Below, one piece after another: positions 28,869 through 37,089 of a stretch of 43,608 nucleotides of DNA (position 1 is the stretch's first letter; every line of letters begins with the position of its first letter). The notes beneath the pieces were generated by a model that saw nothing but the letters and a program-made list of their open reading frames with translations, ran no database searches and was not told the DNA's origin. The position numbers were made by a program, and so were the translations under genes. The stretch comes from a candidate division WOR-3 bacterium (GTDB lineage: Bacteria; Hydrothermota; Hydrothermia; B15-G9; WFZT01), in NCBI GenBank assembly GCA_027053075.1, contig JALUEE010000054.1, forward strand, positions 1-43,608, written 5' to 3'.

Positions 28869-28931
28869 GACAAACCTCCTTACTTCATTATCACCCAAAC
28901 TTCAGGTGTTGTAAAGACTTAAAGGGAGTTG

Positions 28932-28973
28932 TTTAAAAATAGGTGGGGCGGCGGCCCGAAGAGCCGCCGCCCC
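28932..28973 (-). terminator. Rho-independent terminator of the beta-oxidation operon
   Basis: Minus strand GGGGCGGCGGC(T)C-TTCG-GGCCGCCGCCCC followed by ACCTATTTTT. Confidence 0.7.
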
Positions 28974-29030
28974 TAATCTTCTAAAATCCACAAACGTCAC
29001 CCCCTAACCCACTGGAGGTCTGTCTGGAGT

Positions 29031-30185
29031 TTAGTAACGCCCTTTCCTCTCCAGTGTCTTGTAGATAATGTACTTCTGAATTTCGTTCGTCCCCTCAAAA
29101 ATTCTGTTGATCCTCGAATCCCTGTACATCCTCTCGATGGGGAAGTCCTTGATGTACCCGTATCCACCATGAATCTGCAAGGCCTTATCAATTACCCTGT
29201 CAGAGACCTCGGATGCAAAATTCTTCACAATGGATGCCTCGCGGATAATATCCATCCCCTGATCCGCCATCCATGCCACACGGTAGGTCATGGACTCAAT
29301 GGCAAAGGTGTCAATTACCATCTCCGCAAGGTAGTTCTGGATGGTCTGGAAATTGGCAATAGGCTGTCCAAACTGCTGTCTCTCTTTTGCATACTTGTAT
29401 GCAATATCCACGGCCTCTTTTGCCGCCCCAAGACAGCCACATGCCAGGGTTAGCCTTCCGTAGTCAAGTGTATTCAGTGCATTCTTGAATCCAATTCCCA
29501 CCTGACCAAGCACATTCTCTTCGGGCACCCTCAGGTCCTCAAAAATCAGCTCTGCCGTCGTAGATGCGCGAATTCCCATCTTATCCTCAAGTTTCCCGAC
29601 GCTAAATCCTTTCCAGTCAGTCTCCACTATGAAAGCAGTAATTCCACCCTTGGGCCCCAATGTCTTGTCCGTCACAGCATAAACAATCACAATATCAGCA
29701 ATGGCACCGTTGGTAATAAATATCTTCCTCCCATTGATCACCCATTCGTTTCCGTCCTTCACCGCTGAGGTTCTGATGGAGCCCGCATCAGAGCCAGCAT
29801 TGGGCTCGGTCAGAGCGTAGGCTCCAATGAGCTTTCCCTCGGCAATTCCGGTGAGATATTTCTTTTTTTGCTCTTCAGTTCCATCAAGAAACAGAGCACC
29901 ACCGGCAAGTCCTTCACTTGCACCGATCAAAACTGAGGTGGATGCGTGCACGCGGGAGATTTCTTCCTGCATTATACAGTACCCTAACTTTCCCATGCCG
30001 GAGCCACCGTATTCCTCGGGGAACATGATGCCGAAGAATCCGAGCTCCGCCATCTGATCAATCAAATCCTTTGGGATTTCTTCTTTCTCCTCCATTTCAT
30101 CAACGCGTGGTGCAATCTCATTTCTTGCGAAATCCCGCACCATCTCACGAAGGAGATTTAACTCCTCTGGAAATGTAAAATCCAT
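29031..30185 (-). CDS. Acyl-CoA dehydrogenase
   Basis: ALTEPNAGSD, INGRKIFITN, KMGIRAS, RQQFGQPI, ALQIHGGYGY, RDSRINRIFEGTNEIQ (catalytic Glu present). Confidence 0.95.
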   Translation of the reverse strand: MDFTFPEELNLLREMVRDFARNEIAPRVDEMEEKEEIPKDLIDQMAELGFFGIMFPEEYGGSGMGKLGYCIMQEEISRVHASTSVLIGASEGLAGGALFLDGTEEQKKKYLTGIAEGKLIGAYALTEPNAGSDAGSIRTSAVKDGNEWVINGRKIFITNGAIADIVIVYAVTDKTLGPKGGITAFIVETDWKGFSVGKLEDKMGIRASTTAELIFEDLRVPEENVLGQVGIGFKNALNTLDYGRLTLACGCLGAAKEAVDIAYKYAKERQQFGQPIANFQTIQNYLAEMVIDTFAIESMTYRVAWMADQGMDIIREASIVKNFASEVSDRVIDKALQIHGGYGYIKDFPIERMYRDSRINRIFEGTNEIQKYIIYKTLERKGRY

Positions 30186-30195
30186 GCCTTTCCTC

Positions 30196-30984
30196 CTATC
30201 TATCTTTAAACTGAGGCTGACGCTTCTCTTTGAACGCCCTGAGTCCTTCTTTCATGTCTTCGGTCTCGCAGAGCTCACCGAAGAGCTTTGCCTCAAAATC
30301 GAGGGCCTCATCAAGCGGCATCTCATAACCTTCAACAATGGCCTTGAGCGCATGTCTCACCGCAATCTGACCTTTGCGGGCAATCCTGCGAGCAAGGTCC
30401 TTTGCAACCTTCAAAACGTCACTCTGTGGCACAACCTTGTTAACGAGCCCAATTCTGTAGGCCTCCTGAGCAGAAATATTGTCACCTGTAAGAATCATCT
30501 CAATGGCCTTCGCCTTTCCAACAATTCGTGAAAGACGCTGTGTTCCACCAAATCCGGGCATAATTCCAAGATTGATTTCCGGCTGACCCAGTTTTGCCCT
30601 GTCACCTGCGATTCTCATGTGGCAGGCCATGGCAAGCTCAAGCCCTCCACCAAGACAGTGTGAATGAATAGCAGCAATAGTGGGCTTTCCAAGTTTCTCA
30701 AGCTTGTCAATTATCTGCTGCCCCATCCTTGCGAGTTTGTACCCCGTCTCCTTATCTGAAATCTGCATAATCTCATTAATGTCTGCACCGGCAATAAATG
30801 CAAAGCTGCCGGCACCAGCAATAACGATAACCTTTGCCTTTGGGTCATCCTTTAGCTCATCCAGGGTCTCTGAAAATTCCTTCAGGACCTCGGATGAGAG
30901 TGCATTAACAGGTGGATGATCAATGGTGACCACTGCGACGCCATCATCGTCAATGTTGAGCTTTATGTATTGTTTTTCTGCCAT
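30196..30984 (-). CDS. Enoyl-CoA hydratase (crotonase)
   Basis: PPVNAL, FIAGADI, GGGLELAMACH, GQPEINLG.MPGFGGTQRL (both catalytic Glu present). Confidence 0.95.
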   Translation of the reverse strand: MAEKQYIKLNIDDDGVAVVTIDHPPVNALSSEVLKEFSETLDELKDDPKAKVIVIAGAGSFAFIAGADINEIMQISDKETGYKLARMGQQIIDKLEKLGKPTIAAIHSHCLGGGLELAMACHMRIAGDRAKLGQPEINLGIMPGFGGTQRLSRIVGKAKAIEMILTGDNISAQEAYRIGLVNKVVPQSDVLKVAKDLARRIARKGQIAVRHALKAIVEGYEMPLDEALDFEAKLFGELCETEDMKEGLRAFKEKRQPQFKDR

Positions 30985-31010
30985 TTTTGACCTCCTTTTT
31001 TAATTTTGAT

Positions 31011-31062
31011 GGGTTTTAGGGGGAGGGGGCTCCGTACGGAGCCTCCCCCCTCTAACCCAAAC
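31011..31062 (-). other. GC-rich intercistronic hairpin (same family as 20152-20188)
   Basis: GGGTTTTAGGGGGAGGGGGCTCCG-TA-CGGAGCCTCCCCCCTCTAACCC, directly after the hydroxyacyl-CoA dehydrogenase stop. Confidence 0.6.
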
Positions 31063-31063
31063 C

Positions 31064-32284
31064 TCATGCGTAATCAAAGAACCCTTTCTTTGTCTTCTCT
31101 CCAAGCCATCCGGCCGCTACCATCTTCTTCAAATGATATGCAGGCCAGAAACGAGGCCCAAGCTCCTCAGTAAACTTCTTGAGTCCCTCAAGAACCACAT
31201 CAATTCCAATTTTATCCGCGTAATGAAGCGGTCCACCACCTTTGTCCTGAGGGAATCCAAGACCGGCAAGTGTTCCCATATCAATGTCTGCTGCTGTGGC
31301 AACATTCTCCTGAAATGCCAGCACTGCCTCGTTGATCATGGCATACATAAGTCTGTCCATGGAGAATTTCGTTCCCTTAACACCTGTTTCCTTCTGCACT
31401 TCCTCTATGATCTTCTCAAGAGGCTCATACTCCTTGCTCTGGTCGTAAACGTAGAAGCCGGCACCGGATTTCTGGCCAAATCTCTTTCTTTCCACCATCT
31501 TGAAGAGAATCTTTGCAGGCTTCATCCTCTCACCGTATCCGTCATAGAGGATTTCAGCGACTTCATAGGCCACGTCAATTCCGAGCATATCAATGAGCGT
31601 AAATGGTCCCATTGGCCATCCAAATTCCACTGCCGCTTTGTCAATTTCTTCGATAGTTGCTGCACCCTCCTGAAGGGCATAGGCAGCCTCGTTCATGTAC
31701 GCCATCAAAACACGGTTAACGAGAAATCCAGGACACTCTCTCACGATAATGGGAATCTTCCTCAAGGTCTCTGAGAATGTCACAACGTCATCTGTCACCT
31801 CGTCAGAGGTTGCAAGACCCGGGATAACCTCCACCAATTTCATCACATGTGCAGGGTTGAAAAAGTGCATTCCGATAACCTTCTCAGGTCTCTTTGTGGC
31901 ACTTGCAATAGCTGTGATGGAGAGAGCAGAAGTATTCGATGCAAGGATGGCACTGGGCTGAACATGCTCGTCGAGCTCCTTGAAAACCTGCTTTTTCACC
32001 TCAAGATTTTCATACACAGCCTCAATTACGATATCGGCATCCTCAAGGTCCTCGTAGCTGGTTGTAACCTCCACTAATTCCATCTTTTTCTCCATATCCT
32101 CAAGGGTCATCTTACCTTTGTCCACGCGCCTCTGGTAGATTGATTTCACCCTCTCATAAGCCTTCTGGGCAAGCTCCTCATTCACCTCTTTTATTACAAC
32201 AGGAATCCCCGCATAGGAAATTACCTGAGCAATGCCGGAGCCCATGGCCCCGCCACCTACAACTGCTGCTTTGTAAATGTACAT
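31064..32284 (-). CDS. 3-hydroxyacyl-CoA dehydrogenase (NAD-binding domain + two C-terminal domains)
   Basis: VVGGGAMGSGIA, VIEAVYE, SNTSAL, GMHFFNP..MKLVE, PGFLVNR, PMGPF..D..GID, and a second C-terminal domain (GGPLHYAD.IG). Confidence 0.95.
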   Translation of the reverse strand: MYIYKAAVVGGGAMGSGIAQVISYAGIPVVIKEVNEELAQKAYERVKSIYQRRVDKGKMTLEDMEKKMELVEVTTSYEDLEDADIVIEAVYENLEVKKQVFKELDEHVQPSAILASNTSALSITAIASATKRPEKVIGMHFFNPAHVMKLVEVIPGLATSDEVTDDVVTFSETLRKIPIIVRECPGFLVNRVLMAYMNEAAYALQEGAATIEEIDKAAVEFGWPMGPFTLIDMLGIDVAYEVAEILYDGYGERMKPAKILFKMVERKRFGQKSGAGFYVYDQSKEYEPLEKIIEEVQKETGVKGTKFSMDRLMYAMINEAVLAFQENVATAADIDMGTLAGLGFPQDKGGGPLHYADKIGIDVVLEGLKKFTEELGPRFWPAYHLKKMVAAGWLGEKTKKGFFDYA

Positions 32285-32316
32285 AACTCAATCCTCCTTT
32301 TGTTTTTCAGGTTCAA

Positions 32317-32355
32317 TGAGGAGAGGTGGCATAAGAAAGCCCAAACCTCTCCTCA
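32317..32355 (-). other. Intercistronic hairpin
   Basis: TGAGGAGAGG...CCTCTCCTCA 10-bp inverted repeat between the thiolase-like gene and the dehydrogenase. Confidence 0.45.
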
Positions 32356-32379
32356 AGTATGAAGTTCCCAACAGTAGTT

Positions 32380-33570
32380 TCATTCTCTTGAAATAACAAG
32401 GCTAACGGCCTGGCCACCCATTGAGGTGAGAGCAACCATACCAAGCTTTTTATCGAGTGTCTTCATAATATGAACAAGCTTCACCGTCATAATGGCACCC
32501 GTTGCCGCAACTGGATGACCTGTGGCAAGCGTGCCGCCCCAGAGGTTTACCTTATCCTCTGGAATGCCAAATTCTTTCATAGCGGCAAGTGTAGTACCTG
32601 CAAAGGTTTCGTCCAGCTCAAAGACTTCGATTTCGTCAGCCTTTACCCCGGATTTTTCCATTGCTTTTCTCATGGATTCAAAAAGGGCAGCAACCGGGTC
32701 GTCAAGATGAGTTCCCGAAAGTGCGTAGGCAAGAATATAACCCTCAGGCTCGAGACCAAGTTCCTTTGCCTTTTCTTCTTCTGCAATAAAAAAGCTCGCG
32801 GCTCCATCTGCAAGTCGGTAAGTATTGACCTCTGTCAGATCAAGGCCCTCATACAGTGGATTTGCCTTTGCAGCCTTTTTGGGGCTCATGACCGGATTGA
32901 TACCCTCGTCCTCTGAGACAATTTCAGGGACAACCTCCTTACCAGCGGCCTTTTTCTTAACGGTGACAGGGACAATCTGGTCCTTAAACTTTTGCTCCCT
33001 TACCGCTCTAAAGGCTTTCTTATGGCTCAAGGCAGCAAATCTATCCATTTCCTCCCGTGAGATTCCGTACTTATTCTTGAGAACGTTACCCATGATCTCG
33101 CAGTACCATTTTTTCTCATTGGCATCCACTCTGAGCTCGGCCATCATGTCGTTGACTGTGCCGTGGTTAAATCTGAATCCCCATCTTGCACCTCTCACAA
33201 TGTAAGGAGCCGTGGAAGCACTTTCGGTACCACCAACAAGATACAGGTCTCCTTCTCCGGTTATCATTGCCTGCATCGCATTTACCGCTGCAACCAGTGA
33301 AGAAATGTCATTTGCCATCACCGTAAAAGCTGGAATTTCGTTTGGAAATCCAGCAAGAAGAATTGACACGCGTGTGATATTTGCGCAATCGGATGGCTGA
33401 ACGGCGTTACCTCCCACGCAGTCATAGATATGTGAGTAATCCTTTAGACCTGAGCGCTCGTAAGAGGCTTTAATGGAGTCCTTAAAAAGGAACTGGGGCC
33501 TCACATCCCTGAATGCCCCACCAAAAGAGCCAATTGGTGTCCTTGCAGTGCCAAAAATTGCGAATTTCAT
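32380..33570 (-). CDS. Thiolase-fold protein lacking both catalytic cysteines (probable pseudo-enzyme)
   Basis: Full-length thiolase fold (RTPIGSFGG, GGTES.S.AP, GHPVAATG), but NCSSG->NDISS, NEAF->DETF and CVGGG->TSMGG relative to the upstream paralog; likely ATG start at 33570. Confidence 0.85.
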   Translation of the reverse strand: MKFAIFGTARTPIGSFGGAFRDVRPQFLFKDSIKASYERSGLKDYSHIYDCVGGNAVQPSDCANITRVSILLAGFPNEIPAFTVMANDISSLVAAVNAMQAMITGEGDLYLVGGTESASTAPYIVRGARWGFRFNHGTVNDMMAELRVDANEKKWYCEIMGNVLKNKYGISREEMDRFAALSHKKAFRAVREQKFKDQIVPVTVKKKAAGKEVVPEIVSEDEGINPVMSPKKAAKANPLYEGLDLTEVNTYRLADGAASFFIAEEEKAKELGLEPEGYILAYALSGTHLDDPVAALFESMRKAMEKSGVKADEIEVFELDETFAGTTLAAMKEFGIPEDKVNLWGGTLATGHPVAATGAIMTVKLVHIMKTLDKKLGMVALTSMGGQAVSLVISRE

Positions 33571-33572
33571 TA

Positions 33573-34742
33573 TCAACTCCTCCTTTCAATAATGAGGGCT
33601 CCGCCCTGACCGCCACCTACACACATAGTAACGAGTCCGTAGCGCCCATTGAGCTGTTTCAGAATATGGATGAGCTTTACCGTAAGAATCGAACCTGTAG
33701 CACCTACCGGATGTCCGAGCGCTATTGCGCCACCCCATACATTGAGCTTTTCCTCAGGAATGTTGAGTGCCCTCATACAGGGAATAGCCTGGGCTGCAAA
33801 TGCCTCGTTGAGCTCTACAAAATCGATATCTTCCATTGTTAATCCAGTCTTTTCAAAGGCTTTTGGAACTGCATAAATCGGACCTTCACCCATGTATGCC
33901 GGGTCTGTGGCAGCATAGGCATATCCGACCACATAGGCCTCTGGCTCGAGACCCAATTCATCTGCCTTCTCCTTCGTCATGACCAGCATCGATGCAGCAC
34001 CGTCGTTGAGAGGACATGAGTTACCGGGAGTAACGGTCCCATTCTCTTTAAAAATAGTAGGGTATAGTGCGAGAATCTGAAGGGTTAGCTTTGGATTGGG
34101 GCCCTCATCTTTATCCACTACTCTACCATTTACTTCAATGGGCACGATCTGGTCTTTAAATCTTCCCTCTGCCTGTGCTTTGAGGGCCTTCTGGTGTGAC
34201 CAGAGGGCAAATTTGTCCTGCTCCTCTCTCGTGATACCCCATTTTTCTGCAACGTTTTCGGCAGTCCTTCCCATGATCTGGTCCACAACAGGGTCAGTTA
34301 GACCTTCCCAGAGTCCGTCAATAAGTTTGCCGTGCCTCAGACGGTAGCCCCATCTTGCCTTCCACATCACATAGGGACTTGTGGACATACTTTCCGTGCC
34401 ACCTACAAGGAAAATTTCACCATCTCCGGCCTGAATTGCCTGATACGCAGAAGTTATGGAGAGTATACCCGAAGAACAGTTTCTCTGGACTGTGTAGGCA
34501 GAAGCTTCGGGTTTCAATCCAGCTCTCATTGCTGCCACGCGAGTGACATTTGCCGCATTGGATGGCATGCCGATACATCCTGCTATTGCCCCGTCAATGA
34601 TTTTGGGGTCAATTCCAGTTCGATTTATGGTCTCCTTAAACACAATTTCGAGCATCTGGTCAGCAGTGAGGTCCTTCAGGGCTCCTCCAAAGAGCCCAAC
34701 CGGTGTCCTCACTCCACCAACGATTACGACCTCTTTACTCAT
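33573..34742 (-). CDS. Acetyl-CoA C-acyltransferase (thiolase)
   Basis: QRNCSSG (catalytic Cys), NEAFA, GHPVGATG and MCVGGGQG all intact. Confidence 0.95.
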   Translation of the reverse strand: MSKEVVIVGGVRTPVGLFGGALKDLTADQMLEIVFKETINRTGIDPKIIDGAIAGCIGMPSNAANVTRVAAMRAGLKPEASAYTVQRNCSSGILSITSAYQAIQAGDGEIFLVGGTESMSTSPYVMWKARWGYRLRHGKLIDGLWEGLTDPVVDQIMGRTAENVAEKWGITREEQDKFALWSHQKALKAQAEGRFKDQIVPIEVNGRVVDKDEGPNPKLTLQILALYPTIFKENGTVTPGNSCPLNDGAASMLVMTKEKADELGLEPEAYVVGYAYAATDPAYMGEGPIYAVPKAFEKTGLTMEDIDFVELNEAFAAQAIPCMRALNIPEEKLNVWGGAIALGHPVGATGSILTVKLIHILKQLNGRYGLVTMCVGGGQGGALIIERRS

Positions 34743-36421
34743 GATTCACCTCTCTTTGGCTTTTTCTTCAATTCCTCTTCCAAAAGCACCCTTTTTAAAA
34801 CCTTTCCAACAGCAGATTTGGGCAGTTCCTTTCTGAATTCAATAAACTCGGGAACCTTGTACCTTGCCATATTTTCCCGGCAGTACTCTTTTATCTCCTC
34901 TTCGGTAGCCGTTTCTCCTTCTTTTAGGACAACATAGGCCTTTACCGTTTCTCCCCTGTAACCTGAGGGGATGCCCACAACGGCTGCCTCCTTGATCTTG
35001 GGATGCCTATACAAAACCTCTTCAATTTCCCTCGGATAAATGTTGTATCCAGAGGCAATTATCATTTCCTTTTTACGGTCAACAATGTAAAAGTACCCAT
35101 CCTTATCCATCCTCGCGATGTCACCTGTATAAAGCCATCCGTTTCTCAAAACCCTTGCAGTTTCCTCAGGCATATTCCAGTATCCCTTCATCACCTGAGG
35201 GCCTTTGACTATCAGCTCGCCAGCCTCACCCACAGCGAGTTCCTTCTCACCGGTCTCAATATCAACAATTTTCGCGTCCGTATCCGGGAATGGAATGCCA
35301 ATACTCCCCGGCTTATTTAAACCATAAATGGGGTTGCAGTGAGTAACAGGTGAAGCCTCGGACAGACCGTATCCCTCAACCAGCTTTGCGCCTGTGAGCT
35401 TCTCGAAATCCTCTTTCACCTTAACCGGGAGAGGGGCCGAGCCACTTATACAGGCTTTTATGGACGAAAGGTCATATTTTTTGACGTCCTTAAAATTGAT
35501 GACCGCAATGTAGATTGTCGGTGCACCGGGGAACAATGTTACTTTGTATTTCTGGATCAGTTTGACAATTTCTTTAACATCAAACCTTGGTACAAGAACG
35601 AGGGTAGAAGCAAGGTAAATGGCAAAGTTCATGCCAACTGTCATTCCATACACATGAAAGAATGGAAGCACCGCAAGGAGCACCTCACCACCTTCCTGCC
35701 TGTCTGTTAACCAGTGAACGGCCTGCATGGTATTGGCAACAAGGTTGTAATGGGTCAGCATAGCAGCCTTGGAAATACCTGTAGTTCCGCCTGTGTACTG
35801 AAACAGGGCAACATCTTCTTTTGGGTCAATATCAACGTAAATCTTTTCTGGCTTCGTCTGAAGCAGGTCAGTAAACCTATAAACTCCGTTGCCATACTTA
35901 ATCTGTGGCTTCTTTTTGCCTATAAATTTCAGTGGATAAAGGAGTTTTAGATGTGGTGGTAGGAAATCTCTGATACTGGTAACAATGATCCGTTTGATTT
36001 TGGTTTTGTCTTTGACTGCCATTACCCTGTCATATAGCAGGTCAAGGGTAATAATGGTTTCAGCACCTGAATCATTTAAAATGTGCTCGAGCTCGCGTGG
36101 TACATACATGGGGTTGGTCTGTACTACAATACCTCCCAGCTTAAGGACAGCATAGAAAGATATGACAAATTGGGGGGAGTTTGGGAGATAAATGGACACC
36201 CGGTCACCTTTACTGACGCCCAGCTTATGTAAGGCAGTGGCAAGTGCTCTGATGTAATCCCATCCTTCTCGATAAGTGATTTTTCGGCCGTAAAAAATCA
36301 TAGAAGTATTGTTGGGATAATCACATACTGCGTCCTGATAAAACCTGGTCAGTGGGATGACCGGGTAGTCAATATGAATTGGAACTTCTCTCTCATAAAA
36401 TGTTAACCACGGCCTATTCAT
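34739..36421 (-). CDS. fadD: Long-chain-fatty-acid--CoA ligase
   Basis: YTGGTTGISKAAMLTH.NL, LPFFHVYG, EGYGLSE, WLYTGD, DRKKEMII.SGYNIYPREIEE, LPKSAVGK. Confidence 0.93.
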   Translation of the reverse strand: MNRPWLTFYEREVPIHIDYPVIPLTRFYQDAVCDYPNNTSMIFYGRKITYREGWDYIRALATALHKLGVSKGDRVSIYLPNSPQFVISFYAVLKLGGIVVQTNPMYVPRELEHILNDSGAETIITLDLLYDRVMAVKDKTKIKRIIVTSIRDFLPPHLKLLYPLKFIGKKKPQIKYGNGVYRFTDLLQTKPEKIYVDIDPKEDVALFQYTGGTTGISKAAMLTHYNLVANTMQAVHWLTDRQEGGEVLLAVLPFFHVYGMTVGMNFAIYLASTLVLVPRFDVKEIVKLIQKYKVTLFPGAPTIYIAVINFKDVKKYDLSSIKACISGSAPLPVKVKEDFEKLTGAKLVEGYGLSEASPVTHCNPIYGLNKPGSIGIPFPDTDAKIVDIETGEKELAVGEAGELIVKGPQVMKGYWNMPEETARVLRNGWLYTGDIARMDKDGYFYIVDRKKEMIIASGYNIYPREIEEVLYRHPKIKEAAVVGIPSGYRGETVKAYVVLKEGETATEEEIKEYCRENMARYKVPEFIEFRKELPKSAVGKVLKRVLLEEELKKKPKRGES

Positions 36422-36448
36422 GTCAAATACCCCCGTTTTATTAGTTAA

Positions 36449-36478
36449 ATTTTAGTCCGGTGGTCATGTAAATGTCAA
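36449..36478 (-). promoter_or_regulatory. sigma70 promoter of the fadD/beta-oxidation operon
   Basis: TTGACA (36478-36473) - 18 nt - TAAAAT (36454-36449). Confidence 0.65.
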
Positions 36479-36668
36479 TATTATCAACCTTCAGTTGAAA
36501 ACCGGTCAGTCAGGAGAAAGAGAATTGATGACCTTGAAAGCATCATCCTGCAAAAGATTCGTGGTAGCTAAAAATAGCTCGGTCATTAAGGTGACAGCTG
36601 TTGAGTAAAATAAAGAATGCGGGCCCGCCGAATCAGATAAGAACTGGTGAGTTGCTAAACTTTGTAAG

Positions 36669-36958
36669 TTAAACCCTAACTCCGTACAAATTAAGTAATA
36701 TTTTATCTCAAAGATTTTTTTGACCTTAAAATATTAACAACTTTTTGTGGTTATTTTTCAGCAAAAAGCGAATTATTTGTCACTATTCTTCGGCAGTAAT
36801 TGATGCAACTTTTCTTATTACTTAATAAGTAATAGATAACAACGTCCAGATTGAGCTATCAAAAAACTGCGTAAAAGTTGAATTTTCTGTGGAAATACGA
36901 AACATGTTCAAGTAATTGGATATCTTTATTACTTAAAGATTCCGGAGTTAGGGGTTAA
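36669..36958. mobile_element. MITE-like non-autonomous element (~290 bp) with 32-bp imperfect terminal inverted repeats
   Basis: Left TTAAACCCTAACTCCGTACAAATTAAGTAATA vs reverse complement of right TTAACCCCTAACTCCGGAATCTTTAAGTAATA (26/32 identical); AT-rich non-coding interior. Confidence 0.6.
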
Positions 36959-37038
36959 ATGCTACTAAAGTTGTCTGAAGATGTACACACCGTGCGGAAG
37001 GAAATTTTTCTTATAAGTTTTATGCCACTCTTGAGTGA

Positions 37039-37063
37039 GGGGCGCGCGCGAAGCGTGCGCCCC
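37039..37063 (-). terminator. GC hairpin downstream of maeB
   Basis: GGGGCGCGCGC-GAA-GCGTGCGCCCC ~25 nt after the stop; weak U-tract. Confidence 0.5.
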
Positions 37064-37089
37064 CCACATTAACTCCTAAATTTCAAAAT

